NCBI GenBank assembly: GCA_951406725.2 | Contig: OX597814.1 | Location: 219,914,001 to 219,978,000, forward strand | Direction: 5' to 3' | Source of the DNA: Octopus vulgaris | Taxonomy: Eukaryota | DNA: 64,000 nucleotides | In this document: piece by piece, positions 44,381-57,879 of the stretch | How positions within the stretch are numbered: the first letter of the stretch is position 1 | Layout: every line of letters starts with the position of its first letter | The notes under the pieces: model-generated | The model's database searches: none | Seen by the model: only the letters and a program-made list of their open reading frames with translations | Told to the model about the DNA's origin: nothing | Translations under genes and position numbers: made by a program

Positions 44381-47345
44381 GTTAAGCTATACGCAAATAA
44401 ACTAGTGGAGATGAGGATGCATTTATCAATGTTTTATTACTCTATGTACATCAGGGCTTAAAACGTCAGTTATTTCTGTTTAGTTCACTCAGATTCGTTT
44501 CACACTCACTGTTGACATTCATTAAATTTTAAATATAATTAGATAGATAATAAATAAAATATCCAAAATGTCCAGAACTTGGAGAAGTAACGAATTGGCG
44601 TTGTTCCTGAGAGCCTGGCAATGCGCCAACGGAGATAATCCGAACAACATAATTACAGCTGCGCTGAAGAGCAGTGGATATAAAAGGACAATAGCTCAGA
44701 TTGAGTGAAAGAAGCAGGAGTTTATACGCTCCTATGCACTCATAAGATCTCACATTGGTACGCTTGATGCCATCTTTGACAACGAACAAAGTAAAGATGG
44801 CAAGGATGGAGACGCGGGTGCTGATGAAAGAAGTCACCCCCACTTGGTAGACACCCAGGAAGACGATTCAAGTGAGAAACCTGCCCAGGAAGTAAACCCA
44901 AGTGCAAGTGCTCCTACCAGCACCAAAAGCCATGGAGATGAAAGAGCCAAAAAAGAAATAAAAAGAAAGAAAAAAAAGAAATAAAAGGAGGAAAAACTAA
45001 AAGAAAAACAAAAAATGAAACAGTCAAAGAAGGAAAAACTAAAACTCAAACAAAACCAAAAAATGAAACAGCCAAGGATAGAAGCAAACCTGACTATCCA
45101 TGTACCAAAAAGAATGGAAACAGACAGCGCACACGGGTGTGTAGGTTCTACCTGAGAGTTGTCTGCTGGCATGGAGAGGAAGGTGCAGGCTGCTGTTTTG
45201 CACATGGGGGACCCTGCCGCAGAAACACGAAACAGGTCAGAAACCAACTACCAAAAGGAAAAGGGATGGACCACGCACCACCTGCCCCAAAACGGAGGTA
45301 CGCAGATGTGGCGCGTGCTACAAACCGCCAACATGTTATTGAAAGGGCAGCTGCTGAACAAGAATCTTTTTTGTGCATGGCACAAAAGATTGTACAGCAG
45401 CTGACCTGGCTCCATCAAACTCAAACTCGCAGATGGGACTATCCACAATACACAAGACCGCCACAGCAAATAGACCCAAGGTGGACACCGCCGGCAACAG
45501 CATACACCTCACCTCGATGCTCCTACTGACCATCAGAGGACTGCTAACACACAGTAACAGGACAAAAATCCCATTCTTGAGAGACTTTGTTGCATGCAAT
45601 CAAGCCTTATGCATAGCACTTACGGAAACACACCTGAAACCGGACATAGCAGATGCGGAATTACACATACCACAGTATGTTGTACTACGGACCGACAGAA
45701 AAGAAAGGAGTCATGGAGGTGTTGCTATGTACATCCGTGGGGACCTCACACCCCAGGTCCTTTTGTCATACTCAAACTCGGTGTGTAACACTAATTGTAC
45801 ATGTAAGGCAACTTGGTGTAGTTGTGTGTGCTACATATCGCCCTCCAGATGCCCCAAGCCATATGGGCAAGTTTGAAGACTGCCTTATAAAAATAGAAGT
45901 TCTAGTCACACTAGAACAGCACATAAGTGTACTTCTCATGGGAGACTTCAATCTACCCAATGTCAGATGGCCCGAGGGCCTTTCTCTCCCAGGAATGACA
46001 CGATGTGAACGAGGACAGGTGAGGTCCCTCCTGAACCTCATCAACACCCTGTACATGGAGCAAGTAATACTCCAACCAACCAGGGCAGGTAACACACTGG
46101 ATCTCTGCTTCACAAATAATATGGATCTCATCCATAATGTGAAAGTGACACCGACACTACTCTCAGATTACAACATGGTAGAGCTGACCATGTACGGGCC
46201 AAAGGAAAGCATGGACATGCAGCCTACAAGAAACTCTCAGAATCTTTCCAGCTTTTCAATAAGGCAAACTAGAAACAAATTGAAAAAGAGATCCTCAAAC
46301 AAAACTGGCCTGAATGTCTCTCCTCGCCAGACATCGACATGAAACTTCAACAATTCATGTCTGTAATGCAAGCCATATGCTACAAATGTGTCCCAGAGAG
46401 AAAGGCCACTGTACACAAGGGCAAAATCCCCAGAGAGAGGAAAATTCTAATGAGACGGCGTACAAAAATCTCAAATCGCCTAAACAAACAAATTGAAAGC
46501 AGTGAAAAGTCCCGCCTGAAAATAAAACTGCTGGAAATTGAAAAATGTCTGCAACTCTCCCATGAAAAGGAAAGAGCAGACAAAGCTATAGACAACATAA
46601 AATCTAACCCCAGAGCTTTCTACAGGTATGCCAAAGAAACAGCTACGGTGCACTGTAGGATAGGGCCACTCCTTGAAAGGGATGGCACACTCACAGGAAA
46701 TCCAATGAGGGTAAGTGAAATACTAAATGAGCAATTCAAGAGTGTTTTCACCCCACCCCTTGGGCATTTCCAAATCAGCAATCCAACTGACTTCTTCACC
46801 ACTGCAGATATGGGGTCAGAGGTGGCGATGATTGATTACATCAATATAAAGGAAGACGATGTAATAAAGGCTATAGATGAGATGAAAACAAACTCAGCTA
46901 CTGGCCCCGATGGATTCCCGGCAATCCTTCTAAAAGTATGTAAGAGAGTCCTAGCAAGACCACTGCAGTCTCTCTTTCAGAGCTTCCTTGCAACTGGCAA
47001 ACTTCCAAGAAAACTGAAGGAGGGTAAAATATGCCCTATTCATAAAGGAGGTAGCAGAGCGGAGGCCAAGAACTACAGACCTATCTCTCTGACCTCACAC
47101 ATCAGCAAGGTCATGGAACGAATAGTCAGAAGGAAACTGATCACCTTCCTTGAAGAAAATGTCTTGCTGCCTGACACCCAACATGGTTTCCGACCAGGAC
47201 AAAGCTGCTTAACTCAGCTCCTACAACACTATGACTGGGTGCTGAAACGACTGCTCAACCACTCAAATGTGGAAGTGATATATCTCGACTTTGCAAAGGC
47301 CTTTGATAAAGTCGATCATGGGATGATATGTCACAAACTGCGTGA
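44381..47345 (+). mobile_element. CR1-group LINE, 5' intact and 3' truncated; decayed ORF1 (44568-45529), EN and RT N-half
   Basis: MSRTWRSNELALFLRAW..RTIAQIE*K; CRFYLRVVCWHG..CCFAH; LTETHL, MGDFNLP, YLDFAKAFDKVDH; 5' boundary approximate. Confidence 0.88.
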
Positions 47346-47920
47346 CAGTCATAGCCTACACCAGTGTCACATAACCAAGCCATTTAAAAAGTACCTTTGT
47401 ATCATCAGGTGACATACCGTGCTTGAGGAGTCCTATTCAGTTGAATAAAATCAAAATCAAGTCAAATCTAATGAGAATCAAATGGAAATTGTAATTATGG
47501 CCTATGCCAGTGGCACCTGACTGGCTCCTATGCTCATGGCATGCAATAAGCAACATGCATGCATGGGCCGTTACCAGTGCTGCCTGAGTGGCTTCCTGCA
47601 CCAGTGGTACATAAAAAGCACCATCCGAACATGGTTGATACAAGCCATCCCCGCTCTGACTGGCTCATGTGCCGGTGGCACGTGAAGAGCAGCATCCAAA
47701 GGTGGCTGATGCCAGTGCTGTGTGAATGGTTCCCATGTTGGTGGCACGTAAAACGTACCCACTATAATCTTTGAGTGGTTGGCGTTAGGAAAGGCATCTA
47801 GCTGTAGAAACGTTGCCAGATCAGATTGGAGCCTGGTGCAGCCTCCTGTCATGCCAGTCCCCAGTCAAACCGTCCAACCCATGCTAGCATGGAAAACAGA
47901 TGTTAAACGATGATGGTGAT
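47346..47920 (+). mobile_element. Composite SINE-like repeat with diverged ~60-bp internal units and (GAT)n tail; 3' part also at 58495-58673 (-)
   Basis: ggtggcacgtaaaa-type units; tail gttaaacgatgatg. Confidence 0.65.
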
Positions 47921-47960
47921 GTATGTATATATATGTGTGTGTGTATATATATATATATAT

Positions 47961-48403
47961 ATTAACAATTGAGGATAAAATCTTTAAAAGAAATTATCAG
48001 TAGTCAGCGTGAAAAACCTCGTTAGAGAAAAAATCCGTAAATTCTTCCTCTTTGAAAATATTCATTTATATTATATTGAGGGTACTACTATTCGTAGATA
48101 CCAACACGCTAAGAGGGACCAATGCGGTCAAAACTACTAAAAATAAACAAAATTTTACCGAATGCAAAACTTCAAAACACATCATTTTAAAAAAGAATTC
48201 AGTTACATATCACATGTGATTTCGCATTTAAATGCAGAATATGCATTTTATGTTCATCAGTGCAACAAACTCAAGAAATATAAGAGAAAAACATAACATT
48301 ACAAGCTCGATAGCCAACCGTAGAATTCGTCGTAGCATGTCCGAATGTTTATCTTTACATATCTATGAAAATGGCGGGCTTATTCGCAATGCATTTCGGT
48401 AAC

Positions 48404-48408
<5 letters not shown>
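47961..48408 (-). mobile_element. Hammerhead-bearing pLTR-like unit in (TA)n
   Basis: TA tracts on both sides; ribozyme at 48202-48266. Confidence 0.65.
48202..48266 (-). ncRNA. Type I hammerhead ribozyme, AUA site
   Basis: GUUGCA-CUGAUGA-[ACAUAAAAUGCA..UGCAUUUAAAUGC]-GAAA-UCACAUGUGA-UA-UGUAAC; perfect 12-nt palindrome AUCACAUGUGAU. Confidence 0.87.
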
Positions 48409-48440
<32 letters not shown>

Positions 48441-48739
48441 TATTGGTAAGACAACAAAAGACTGAACAAGACCTCGATATTATCTAAATAGAGGAATTTA
48501 TCTGTAATATAATATGTGACAAGTATTTGGTGCATGCAGAGTGTAATTGTCACATATTATATTACAGATATATATATATATAAGTATAGTGTTGTTGGAC
48601 ACTCAGGAAAGGATAGAAAGAAGGAGGATTAATGTATCAAGTGGAGCTCTTCTTCAGAAACATAGAAAAAGAAAAGGTCCAGGGAAGGGAAAGCGGAGGA
48701 AAAAAAATTGCCAACGATACACACGCAGTTACATTTTGA

Positions 48740-48773
<34 letters not shown>

Positions 48774-48853
48774 AATATATATATATTTAAATATTTATGT
48801 ATAAATATATATATATATATATATATTTAAATATATATATTTAAATATTTATG

Positions 48854-48884
<31 letters not shown>

Positions 48885-48975
48885 TTAAATATATATATTT
48901 AAATATATATTTAAATATTTATGTATAAATATATATATATATTTAAATATTTATGTGTGTGTGTATATATATATA

Positions 48976-49675
48976 GTGTCAGGCATTCGTCGTGACAAGA
49001 CGTACTTTTCATAGCTCCCATCCGTAACCAAAGAAGCATATTTCAACTCAAGCCAACAGAAACTCTCATTGTTTTTAGTCCCAGTACTTTTGAATTCTTC
49101 AATTCTACTATTCTACTCTTCTACTACCATCGGAGGATAAATTTATACAAATCTATATACAACCTGGAGAAAGAAATATAAACCAAAACTAAACTCAAGA
49201 CTAGTTCTAAAACTAGTCCCGTGAGTACAATTCTTCCTTCTTTTTTCTTGATCTGTATTAAACACACTGCTCATCCTGATTGTACTAAATACACTGAACT
49301 CTCCCACACACAAGCCACGCATTTCCGAGTATATCGACACAATCTTTTCAACGGTGTATTCACTATTTTACATCAAGCCATCAATAACTGGTGTACATAT
49401 ATATATACACGCATACACATACATATATATATTACACAATACTATCCCTCTGAATATGGCCAATAATATTCAAAAACGCCACTGGGTTGAAAATGAAATT
49501 ACTGCAATGATAAACGCTTGGTTCATTCATCACAATGAAGCTAATGTTTACAGTAAAATAGCTGAGGACTTAGCGAAACAATCCCTTTACAGATCTGTAA
49601 AACAGATCGAAAGCAAAATAAAAGAGATTAAAAGAATATTTCCTATGTTCCACGCGCACATGGCTACACTAGAAG
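48976..49675 (+). mobile_element. 5' end of a CR1-group LINE; ORF1 Myb/SANT-like N-terminus from ATG 49456
   Basis: MANNIQKRHWVENEITAMINAW..RSVKQIESKIKEI aligns with the ORF1 start at 12601. Confidence 0.8.
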
Positions 49676-51335
49676 AAATTATGTTGCAGTGTACGTGTAT
49701 GCTGTGATCTTGAATTGGGCAGGGGACGTATGGCCCGTGGTCCCAGTCTTGGATGAACCTTGAAGCTAATGTTAAGGTCGTTTGTGCAAAGTTGGCGGTA
49801 TATTCTCCACATCGTACAAATGATGTACCGCTCACGGCGACGCTGGAGAGAGTAAAGTTTCAAGGCTTTAAGGCGATCTCAATAATCGAGAGCAGCCATG
49901 ACTTCAATTCGTTTAGTGAGTGCCCTCTGGAGTGACTCAATCCTCGAGATGTTTTGTCTTGTATGGGGAGACCACAGTAGGCAGCAGTATTCGAGGTGTG
50001 GCCGCACAAAGGAGGAGAAAAGTGGTATGATGACACCTTGTTCTCTGGACCGGAAAGTTCTTAAGATCCAGGAACTCATCCTACGAGCTATATCGACCTT
50101 CTTGTTGATGTGTGCACTCCAACTGAGATCGTCATCAACAATTACATTCAGGTCTCTGATATTGTTAGAGGCTGTGAGCGGTTCCCCTGAAGGTAGAGAG
50201 TATGGCTGTTTTAGTGAGGAATTTCTTCCAAAATGCATCAGCTCAAATTTTCCTTCGTTCAGTTGCATTTTGTTTCTGTCTGCCCATTGACTTACAGCAT
50301 ATAGGTCAGACTGGAGTTGAGTTCGGTCTGCTTCTTCATTGACGATTTGCTGGAGCTTAGTGTCATCAGCAAATATTTTCACTTTGCAGTAATGTACGAC
50401 ACTGGAAAGGTCATTTATGTAAATTATGAAGAGTAGCGGACCCAAGACAGTCCTTTGGGGGACACTGCTGGTGACTTTTGCTGGGCTTGAGTGGACTCCA
50501 TCAACTACAACATGTTGTGTTCTATTCGCCAGGAAATACTTAATCCGGTGTAGAACTTTTCCACGGATTCCAACATTTGCCAATTTTGAGAGTAGGATAT
50601 TATGGTCAACCCTGTCGAACGCTTTACTGAAGTCAAGATATATGACGTCAGAGTTCGAACCTGTTCCCAAGGCTTTGAGTACATCTTGTGGTGTAAGAGC
50701 TGTGTTAGACAGTCCCTGCCATAGCGAAAGCCATGCTAATTTGCATTTAGGAGTTTGTGGGTCTCCAGGAAGTCAGCTATCCTTGATCTTAACACTCTTT
50801 CAAACACTTTAATGATGTGGGAGGTGAGTGAGATTGGGCGATAGTTGAGTGCGAGGGATCTGTTTCCCTGTTTGAAAACCGGGATGACTGACTGGGTTAG
50901 AAACTGTTTCGGTATATAACCTGCGTCTAACGAATTTCTCCAGAGGTTGGTCAGAGGGACTGCAAGTTGGTGTCTACATTCCTTCAGGAGACTAGCGGGG
51001 AATCTATCAGGGCCTACAGCAGAGTAGTATTTGACCTTATTTATTGCTGTTACGATGTCAGTGGCAGTGAAGGTTATGTCTAAGATTTTATGTTGGGAGT
51101 CAACTTCGTTCGCTTCTCTTACGTCAATATCAGTGGGAACACTAAAGACAGAGCAGTATTGTTTCTGCAGTATTTCTGCCATTTCTTTAGCATCGTGTTG
51201 GGGAATGCCGTTATCATCAATCAATGGCCCAATGGGTGAGACAGTGGTTCTATGCTTATTTGCATAAGAATAGAACACTTTTGGGTTCTGTTTGATGTTT
51301 TTGATTACCCACTGTTCCTCCACAGCTCTTTGATT
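49672..51335 (-). pseudogene. CR1-group RT fragment, related to 8365-10316
   Basis: NYRPISLTSH, YLDFSKAFDRVDH, FADD, RPHLEYCCLLWSP. Confidence 0.92.
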
Positions 51336-51351
51336 ATATATATATATAATC

Positions 51352-51443
51352 AGTGCGAGATCTGGGTATTTACATGAGTGATGATGCAACCTTTCATGTG
51401 CATGTTGCTAAATTAGCAATGAAATGTAGGCGGCTGACCGGAT
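51352..51443 (+). pseudogene. Short CR1-group RT fragment
   Basis: [30 protein letters not shown] matches the 51725-52978 RT. Confidence 0.75.
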
Positions 51444-51586
51444 GTATATATATGTATATATATATATGTAAATATGTATGTATATATATATTTGTAAATA
51501 TATATGTTTATATATATATGTGTATGTATATGTATGTGTGTATGTATGTATGTATGTATATATATATATATATATGTATGTATATA

Positions 51587-54500
51587 TAAATCCTTAAAAA
51601 TGTTTTAGCCCGAAGGCTGCGGCCATGCTGGGGCACCACCGCTGAATGAGCTACGCTAATATGTGAATCCACCTCTGATACGTGGCACTTGATCAACAAG
51701 GGAGTTCGATGCTGCTGCCCGCATCTACATCTCCTGTCGTGAGGTAGGTTCATCTGGGACTCCCGACAAGAAGAGATCCAGTTTAGTTTTAAAGAAACCC
51801 ACATCCACACCATGTAAGTCTCTCAGGCATTTAGGGAGGATGTTAAAGAGCCGTGGTCCTCTGAAACCTAAGCTGTTGCAGTATCTGGACCTGTATTTTG
51901 ATGGTGATGTTGGAATCTTTGGCACCATGCAGTGGCGCTCTGTTCTGCAGTTGGGGTAACTTTGAATGCCAAAGTTTGGGACAAGACCCTCCAGGATTTT
52001 CCAGATGTATATCACCGCATATCTCTCCCGCCTCCGCTCTAGGGAGAAGAGGTTTAATACTTTCAGTCTTTCCCAGTAGCTGATATTTTGCATTGAGACG
52101 ATCTTCTTTGTGTGGCTTCTCTGAATTGCTTCGAGTTCTGCTGTTAGTTTTATATTGTATGGTGACCATAGTTGGGAGCAGTAGTCCAAGCGGCTGAGGA
52201 CGAATGTTTTCCATAGGACCATCAGTGTCTCCTTCTCTCTTGTTCTGAAAGTTTGGAGAATCCATCCAGCTAGCCGTCTGCATTTTATCACCAGATTAGT
52301 GATATGCACTTGGAAAGATGCATCATTGCTCATGTCAATGCCCAGGTCACGCACTGATTTTGACTCAGGGATTGCAATTCTTCCTGCGCCAGTATATCCA
52401 GTCTGCACGTCGTTTACCTTTGTGTGCCGGTAGCGCAGGGCCTGGAACTTACCTGCATTAAACTGCATGTTGTTGTCCTCAGCCCACCTGTATATTGTGT
52501 CCAACTCCTGTTGCAGATGCGCAATATTTTCAGGGTTTTGTATTGCGTGGGAGACTTTTGTGTCATCTGCATAGCTAGCAAGGGTGGTCATCGTAGCAAC
52601 TGAAGGCATGTCTGAAAGGGCCACTATGAACATCAGTGGCCCCAAGACAGTGCCCTGTGGGACACCGCTTGTTATTTGTGTTTCCTTGGAGGTGGCTCCA
52701 TTGCTCACAACTGCCTGTTTTCTGTCTTTTAGGAAGTTGTGCAGCCACTCTCCAAGTTTTCCGCCTATGCCGAGACCACACAGTTTGTGACAGATCATAC
52801 CATGGTTGACCTTATGAAAGGCTTTTGCAAAGTCGAGATGTATTACGTCCACATTTGAGCCATTTAGTAGCTGTTTCAACACCCAGTCATAGTGTTGCAG
52901 GAGCTGTGTTAGGCAGCTTCTACCTGGTCGAAATCCATGCTGGGTGTCAGACAGCAAGTCATTTTCTTCAAGGAACATGATTAGTTTCTTACGGACTATT
53001 CATTCCATGACTTTGCTGATGTGTGAGGTCAGAGAGATAGGCCTATAATTTTTAGCATCTGCTCTGCTACCTCCCTTATGGATAGGGCATATTACCCCCT
53101 CTTTCAAATTGACTGGGAGCTTACCACTTGCAAGAAAGCTCTGAAAAAGAAGCTGTAGCGGTTTTGCAAGGGCTTGTTTGCACAATTTGAGAAGGATCGC
53201 TGGGAATCCATCAGTTCCAGCAGCCGAGTTTGCGTCAACCTCATCTATGGCTAGTGTGATATCATCATCTTCAATGTTGATGTATTCAATTTTTGCCTCT
53301 TTGGCCGCAGGTAAAGTGGCAAAGAATTCTTCTGGGTTGTTTACTTGCCTGTGTCCTAGAGGTGTAGTGAACACACTTTGGAATTGTTCGTTCAGTATTT
53401 CACTTATCCTCGTGGGATTTCCTGTGAGAGAGCCATCTTTTTGAAAGAGAGGTCCTATTCTCTGGTGCACTGTGGCTGTCTCTTTGGCAAACTTAAAGAA
53501 AGCTTTAGGGTTTGATTTTATATTTTCTATTACCCAAGCTTCTTTATCTGCTCTCTCCTTTTCATGGGACTGATGCAGACTTTTCTCAATTTCCATTAGC
53601 ATTCTCTCGAGCCGAGACTTCTCACCACTTTTGGTGTACTTGCTCAGGTGGTTCGCAATCCTTGTCCGTCGTCTCATAAGAATCTTCCTTTCTCTAGGGA
53701 TCCTGTTTTTATTTTTGTGTGTGCTGGCCCTGCACACTGGGACATATTTGTCACATATGGCTTGTATTATGGACATGAAGTGTTTGTGTTTCATGTTAAT
53801 GTCCGGTGTGGAGAGACATTTAGGCCAATCCTGTTTGAGGATCTCTTTCTCAATCATCTTCCAGTTTGCTTTATGAAAGTTTAAGTTGGAGAGATGGTGA
53901 ATGCTTTATATAGGCTGTGTGTCTACGGGGGCTTTTGGTCCATACATAGACAGCTCTATTATGTTGTGATCCGAGATCATTGTCGGCATCACTTTAACAT
54001 TATGGATAATATCCATATTGTTTGTGAAGCAGAGAGCCAGTATATTATCTGCCCTTGTTGGTTGCAAAACTATTTGCTTCATGAAAGAGGCATTTGTGAG
54101 ATGGAGCAGGGACTCTGCCTGTGCCTGCTGATGGTGTGTCATCCCTGAGAGCATCTGCCCCCCAGGCCATTCCACATTGGGGAAGTTAAAGTCACCCATG
54201 AAGAATACTCTGTTGTGTTGTTCAAGGTTGGTGAGGACTTCTATTTTTGTTAGGCAGTCTTCAAACATGCCTGAGTGATTTGGGGCATCTGGTGGGCGAT
54301 ATGTAGTGCATATGACGATATTCAGTTGTCTTATGTGTACAATTTGAGTGTCACACACTGAGTTTGAATATGACAACAGAACCTGGGGCGTGAGGTCATC
54401 TCGGATGTACATTGCAACTCCACCATGGCTCCTCCCTATTCTATCTGAGCATATGACTGCATATTGCGGCATGTGTATTTCTGCATCACCTATATCGGGT

Positions 54501-54889
54501 CCAAGATGCGTTTCTGTGAGTGCCATGCATATAGCTTGATTGCATGTCACAAGATCTCTCAGGAATGAGATTTTCCTTATACAGTTTCTGCGCAGCAGCC
54601 CTCCTACGTTCAGTAGAAATATTTTTGTGGTGTGTGTGTTGGTGTCTGTGGTGGCCATCCTGCATCTGTTGGTGGTGGCCATATGGGGTGGTAGTTCCAG
54701 CTTTGTGTTTGTAGCCAGGTCAGCCAGCTGCTGGACAATTTTTTGTGCCATGCACAAAAAAGATTGCTGTCCAGCTGCTGCCCTTCTCACATCTGGGTGA
54801 AGCTGGCCATCTGTTGGGTTACTGTGCACCACATCTGCATATCGTCTTTCAGGAGTGGTCATATCGTCTTTCAGGAGTGGTCTTTCAGG
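51587..54889 (-). mobile_element. 5'-truncated CR1-group LINE (ORF1 end, EN, RT in frameshifted ORFs)
   Basis: LTETHL, MGDFNFP, SGVPQGTVLGP, YADD; 3' tail ggtgccccagcatggccgcag; microsatellite on both flanks. Confidence 0.92.
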
Positions 54890-54901
54890 TATATATATAT
54901 G

Positions 54902-55012
<111 letters not shown>

Positions 55013-55017
55013 ATATG

Positions 55018-55050
<33 letters not shown>

Positions 55051-55063
55051 ATGTATGTATATG

Positions 55064-55100
<37 letters not shown>

Positions 55101-55865
55101 ATGTATATATGTGTATATGCATATATATGTGTGTGTGTGTGTATGTATATATGTGTATATGCATATATATGTGTATATGCATATATGTGTGTGTGTGTGT
55201 GTGTATGTATATATGTGTATATGCATATATATGTGTGTGTGTGTGTATGTATATATGTGTATATGCATATATATGTGTGTATGTATGTATGTATATATGT
55301 GTGTGTGTGTGTGTATGTATATATGTGTATATGTATATATATATATCTGTGTGTGTATGTATATATGTGTATATGTATATATATATATCTGTGTGTGTAT
55401 GTATGTATGTGTATATTTATATATATATATGTATATATATATATGTGTGTATGTATGTATATATATATGTGTATATATATATATGTGTGTATGTATGTAT
55501 ATATATATGTATATATATATGTGTATGTATGTATGTACGTATATATATATATGTGTATGTATATATATATATATATGTATGTATCTATGTATGTATGTAC
55601 GGTGACACAGTGAAACGTAGCCAGTAGAGCCAACAACAACATCAAAAATAACACACAAAATGTTGCGTAGTCAAAGTAAAATTTTTTTTAACAAAACATT
55701 CAATAATATGCATAATTAAATCTCAGAATGAGATTGAAACAGTAATCGCTCGATAATTTAAAGTATAGAAGCCATCTTATCATTCAATAATAGTTCTTTG
55801 GAAAGTTTTTTTCTTTCCTTAGTTCCTTTAAAAAAAACACATTTGACATTTAGCAACACAAAGTT

Positions 55866-55902
<37 letters not shown>

Positions 55903-55904
<2 letters not shown>

Positions 55905-56325
55905 CAAAATTTAGGAACGGCCATAATAGGCCATTCAACCCACTAGAAATAACAGCCAAAGCTTCAACCGCAAAACAATATTAATTCTGTAAACCAGGAG
56001 AAAATTTAAAAAAACATTTACCCTGTAATACTTTATACGATGCATCGTTTCGTCTATTCTTTAATGGTAAATCAACCTGATTAAATTAAATTAAATCAAG
56101 CTAATCTTCCATAGGGTGGTTTACAGAATTAATATTGTTTTGCGGTTGAAGCTTTGGCTGTTATTTCTAGTGGGTTGAATGGCCTATTATGGCCGTTCCT
56201 AAATTTTGCTGTTGAATTTATAAATGGTCTATGACTATTTACTTTTTTCCCACTAGGCCGCTGGTGGCAAAAGAATTCTGCGAAATTTTTTTGCCACCCT
56301 ATATTGATTAATTATATTGATTAAT
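55903..56325. repeat. Fold-back copy of the 13690 family with a partial hammerhead
   Basis: Arms ~55903-55996 / 56117-56210; palindrome ACGATGCATCGT at 56037-56048; CUGAGGA half missing. Confidence 0.85.
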
Positions 56326-57465
56326 TATATATATATATATATATTATATATGGGGTTTACCTATAATGCTAGACACCTTTATAAATTTCCTTTTTCTTTT
56401 CTTACTCTTTTGTTTTCCATATTAAGTTTCATATTAAACTCTTTGTACTTGCATGTCAAGCAGCACATGTGTGCTCGATGTCAGTCTGTGTGTGAGTGTC
56501 TCTCTCTCTCAATGGAGTGTGGGAGTCAAAAGAGGAAGACTATATGCCCGGTCACATGTCAGCAGAGTAGAGATGATGACAATTTTCTCTTTTGCTGAGA
56601 AGCTGAACTCTCAAATTCGGAGTTGCAACTGATTAATAAAACATTAGCCTCCAGCGAGTGAACTGTTTCTCTTCTGCAACTACAACAATAACTTCCAAAA
56701 TCTCTCTAGAACTATGGATCAACTTGCAAGATTGGGATAAGATACCGATCTTTGTTGCTGAGTGGTAAACATGTTCATCCAGCTATTGCTTGTCAACCAC
56801 TTGCCATAATACCAGCAAGAAAGATGCCACAAAGCACTAACAAAAATTAGTGAATTTATTTGAATTGCAGCTGATATAAGACAAAGAAAAGTATGTTTGT
56901 TTTAAGTATGTGTATAAAACTTTTATCTTGTACTTGCTTCAGTCACTGGATTGCAGCCATGCTGGAGCACTGCTTTGAAGGGTTCAGTCGAACAAATATC
57001 AGTGTATTGAAGTGGCGTTATAATTACATTTTTACGCTGTAGTTCTTAAAAGATAAATATTGCTTTCTCTTATAAGCATAAGGGCTGAAAATTTTGGGGA
57101 GGATTTTAATTGATAACATTGACCCCCAGTGCTCAGCTGGTATTTATTTTATTGATCCCAAAAGGATCAAAGACAAAGTCAACTTCAGCGGTGTGATCAC
57201 TTCCTATATGTTTGTGTTTTCTACTTGGGTGTATGAAGCAAAGGCTGTTGGTCGGGGACACCACTTGTAGCATTGTTAACTATACACAAAAATAACCAGG
57301 AACAAGAGTGTGTCAATGTATTATTTAGTTTGCTTCGTTCAGCTACACATTGTGAGGGCGAATACCATCAGCCTTCTAAAATCTCAGTCTTGTCTCCCGT
57401 CTGACTGGGAGCTTCTTTTCCGCAGACCAGCTCCCTAGTTAGCCCGCAGTGAAGGTCCTGTCTAC

Positions 57466-57636
57466 AGGCGCAGGAGTGGCTGTGTGGTAAGTAGCTTGCT
57501 AAACAACCACATGGTTCCAGGTTCAGTCCCACTGCGTGGCACCTTGGGCAAGTGTCTTCTGTTATAGCCCCGGGCCGACCAATGCCTTGTGAGTGGATTT
57601 GGTAGACGGAAACTGAAAGAAGCCTGTCGTATATAT

Positions 57637-57674
<38 letters not shown>

Positions 57675-57879
57675 CTGTATTTGTCCTCCTAGCATTGCTT
57701 GACAACTGATGCTGGTGTGTTTACGTCCCCGTCACTTAGCGGTTCGGCAAAAAGAGACTGATAGAATAAGTACTGGGCTTACAAAAAGAATAAGTCCCGG
57801 GGTCGATTTGCTTGACTAAAGGCGGTGCTCCAGCATGGCCGCAGACAAATGACTGAAACAAGTAAAAGAAAGTAAAGAG
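57466..57879 (+). mobile_element. SINE family A
   Basis: Full head, core and tail. Confidence 0.88.

Noticed and set aside
56518-56687. Solo LTR (TG...AATAAA...CA)
   Set aside because: Short, no TSD, no second copy
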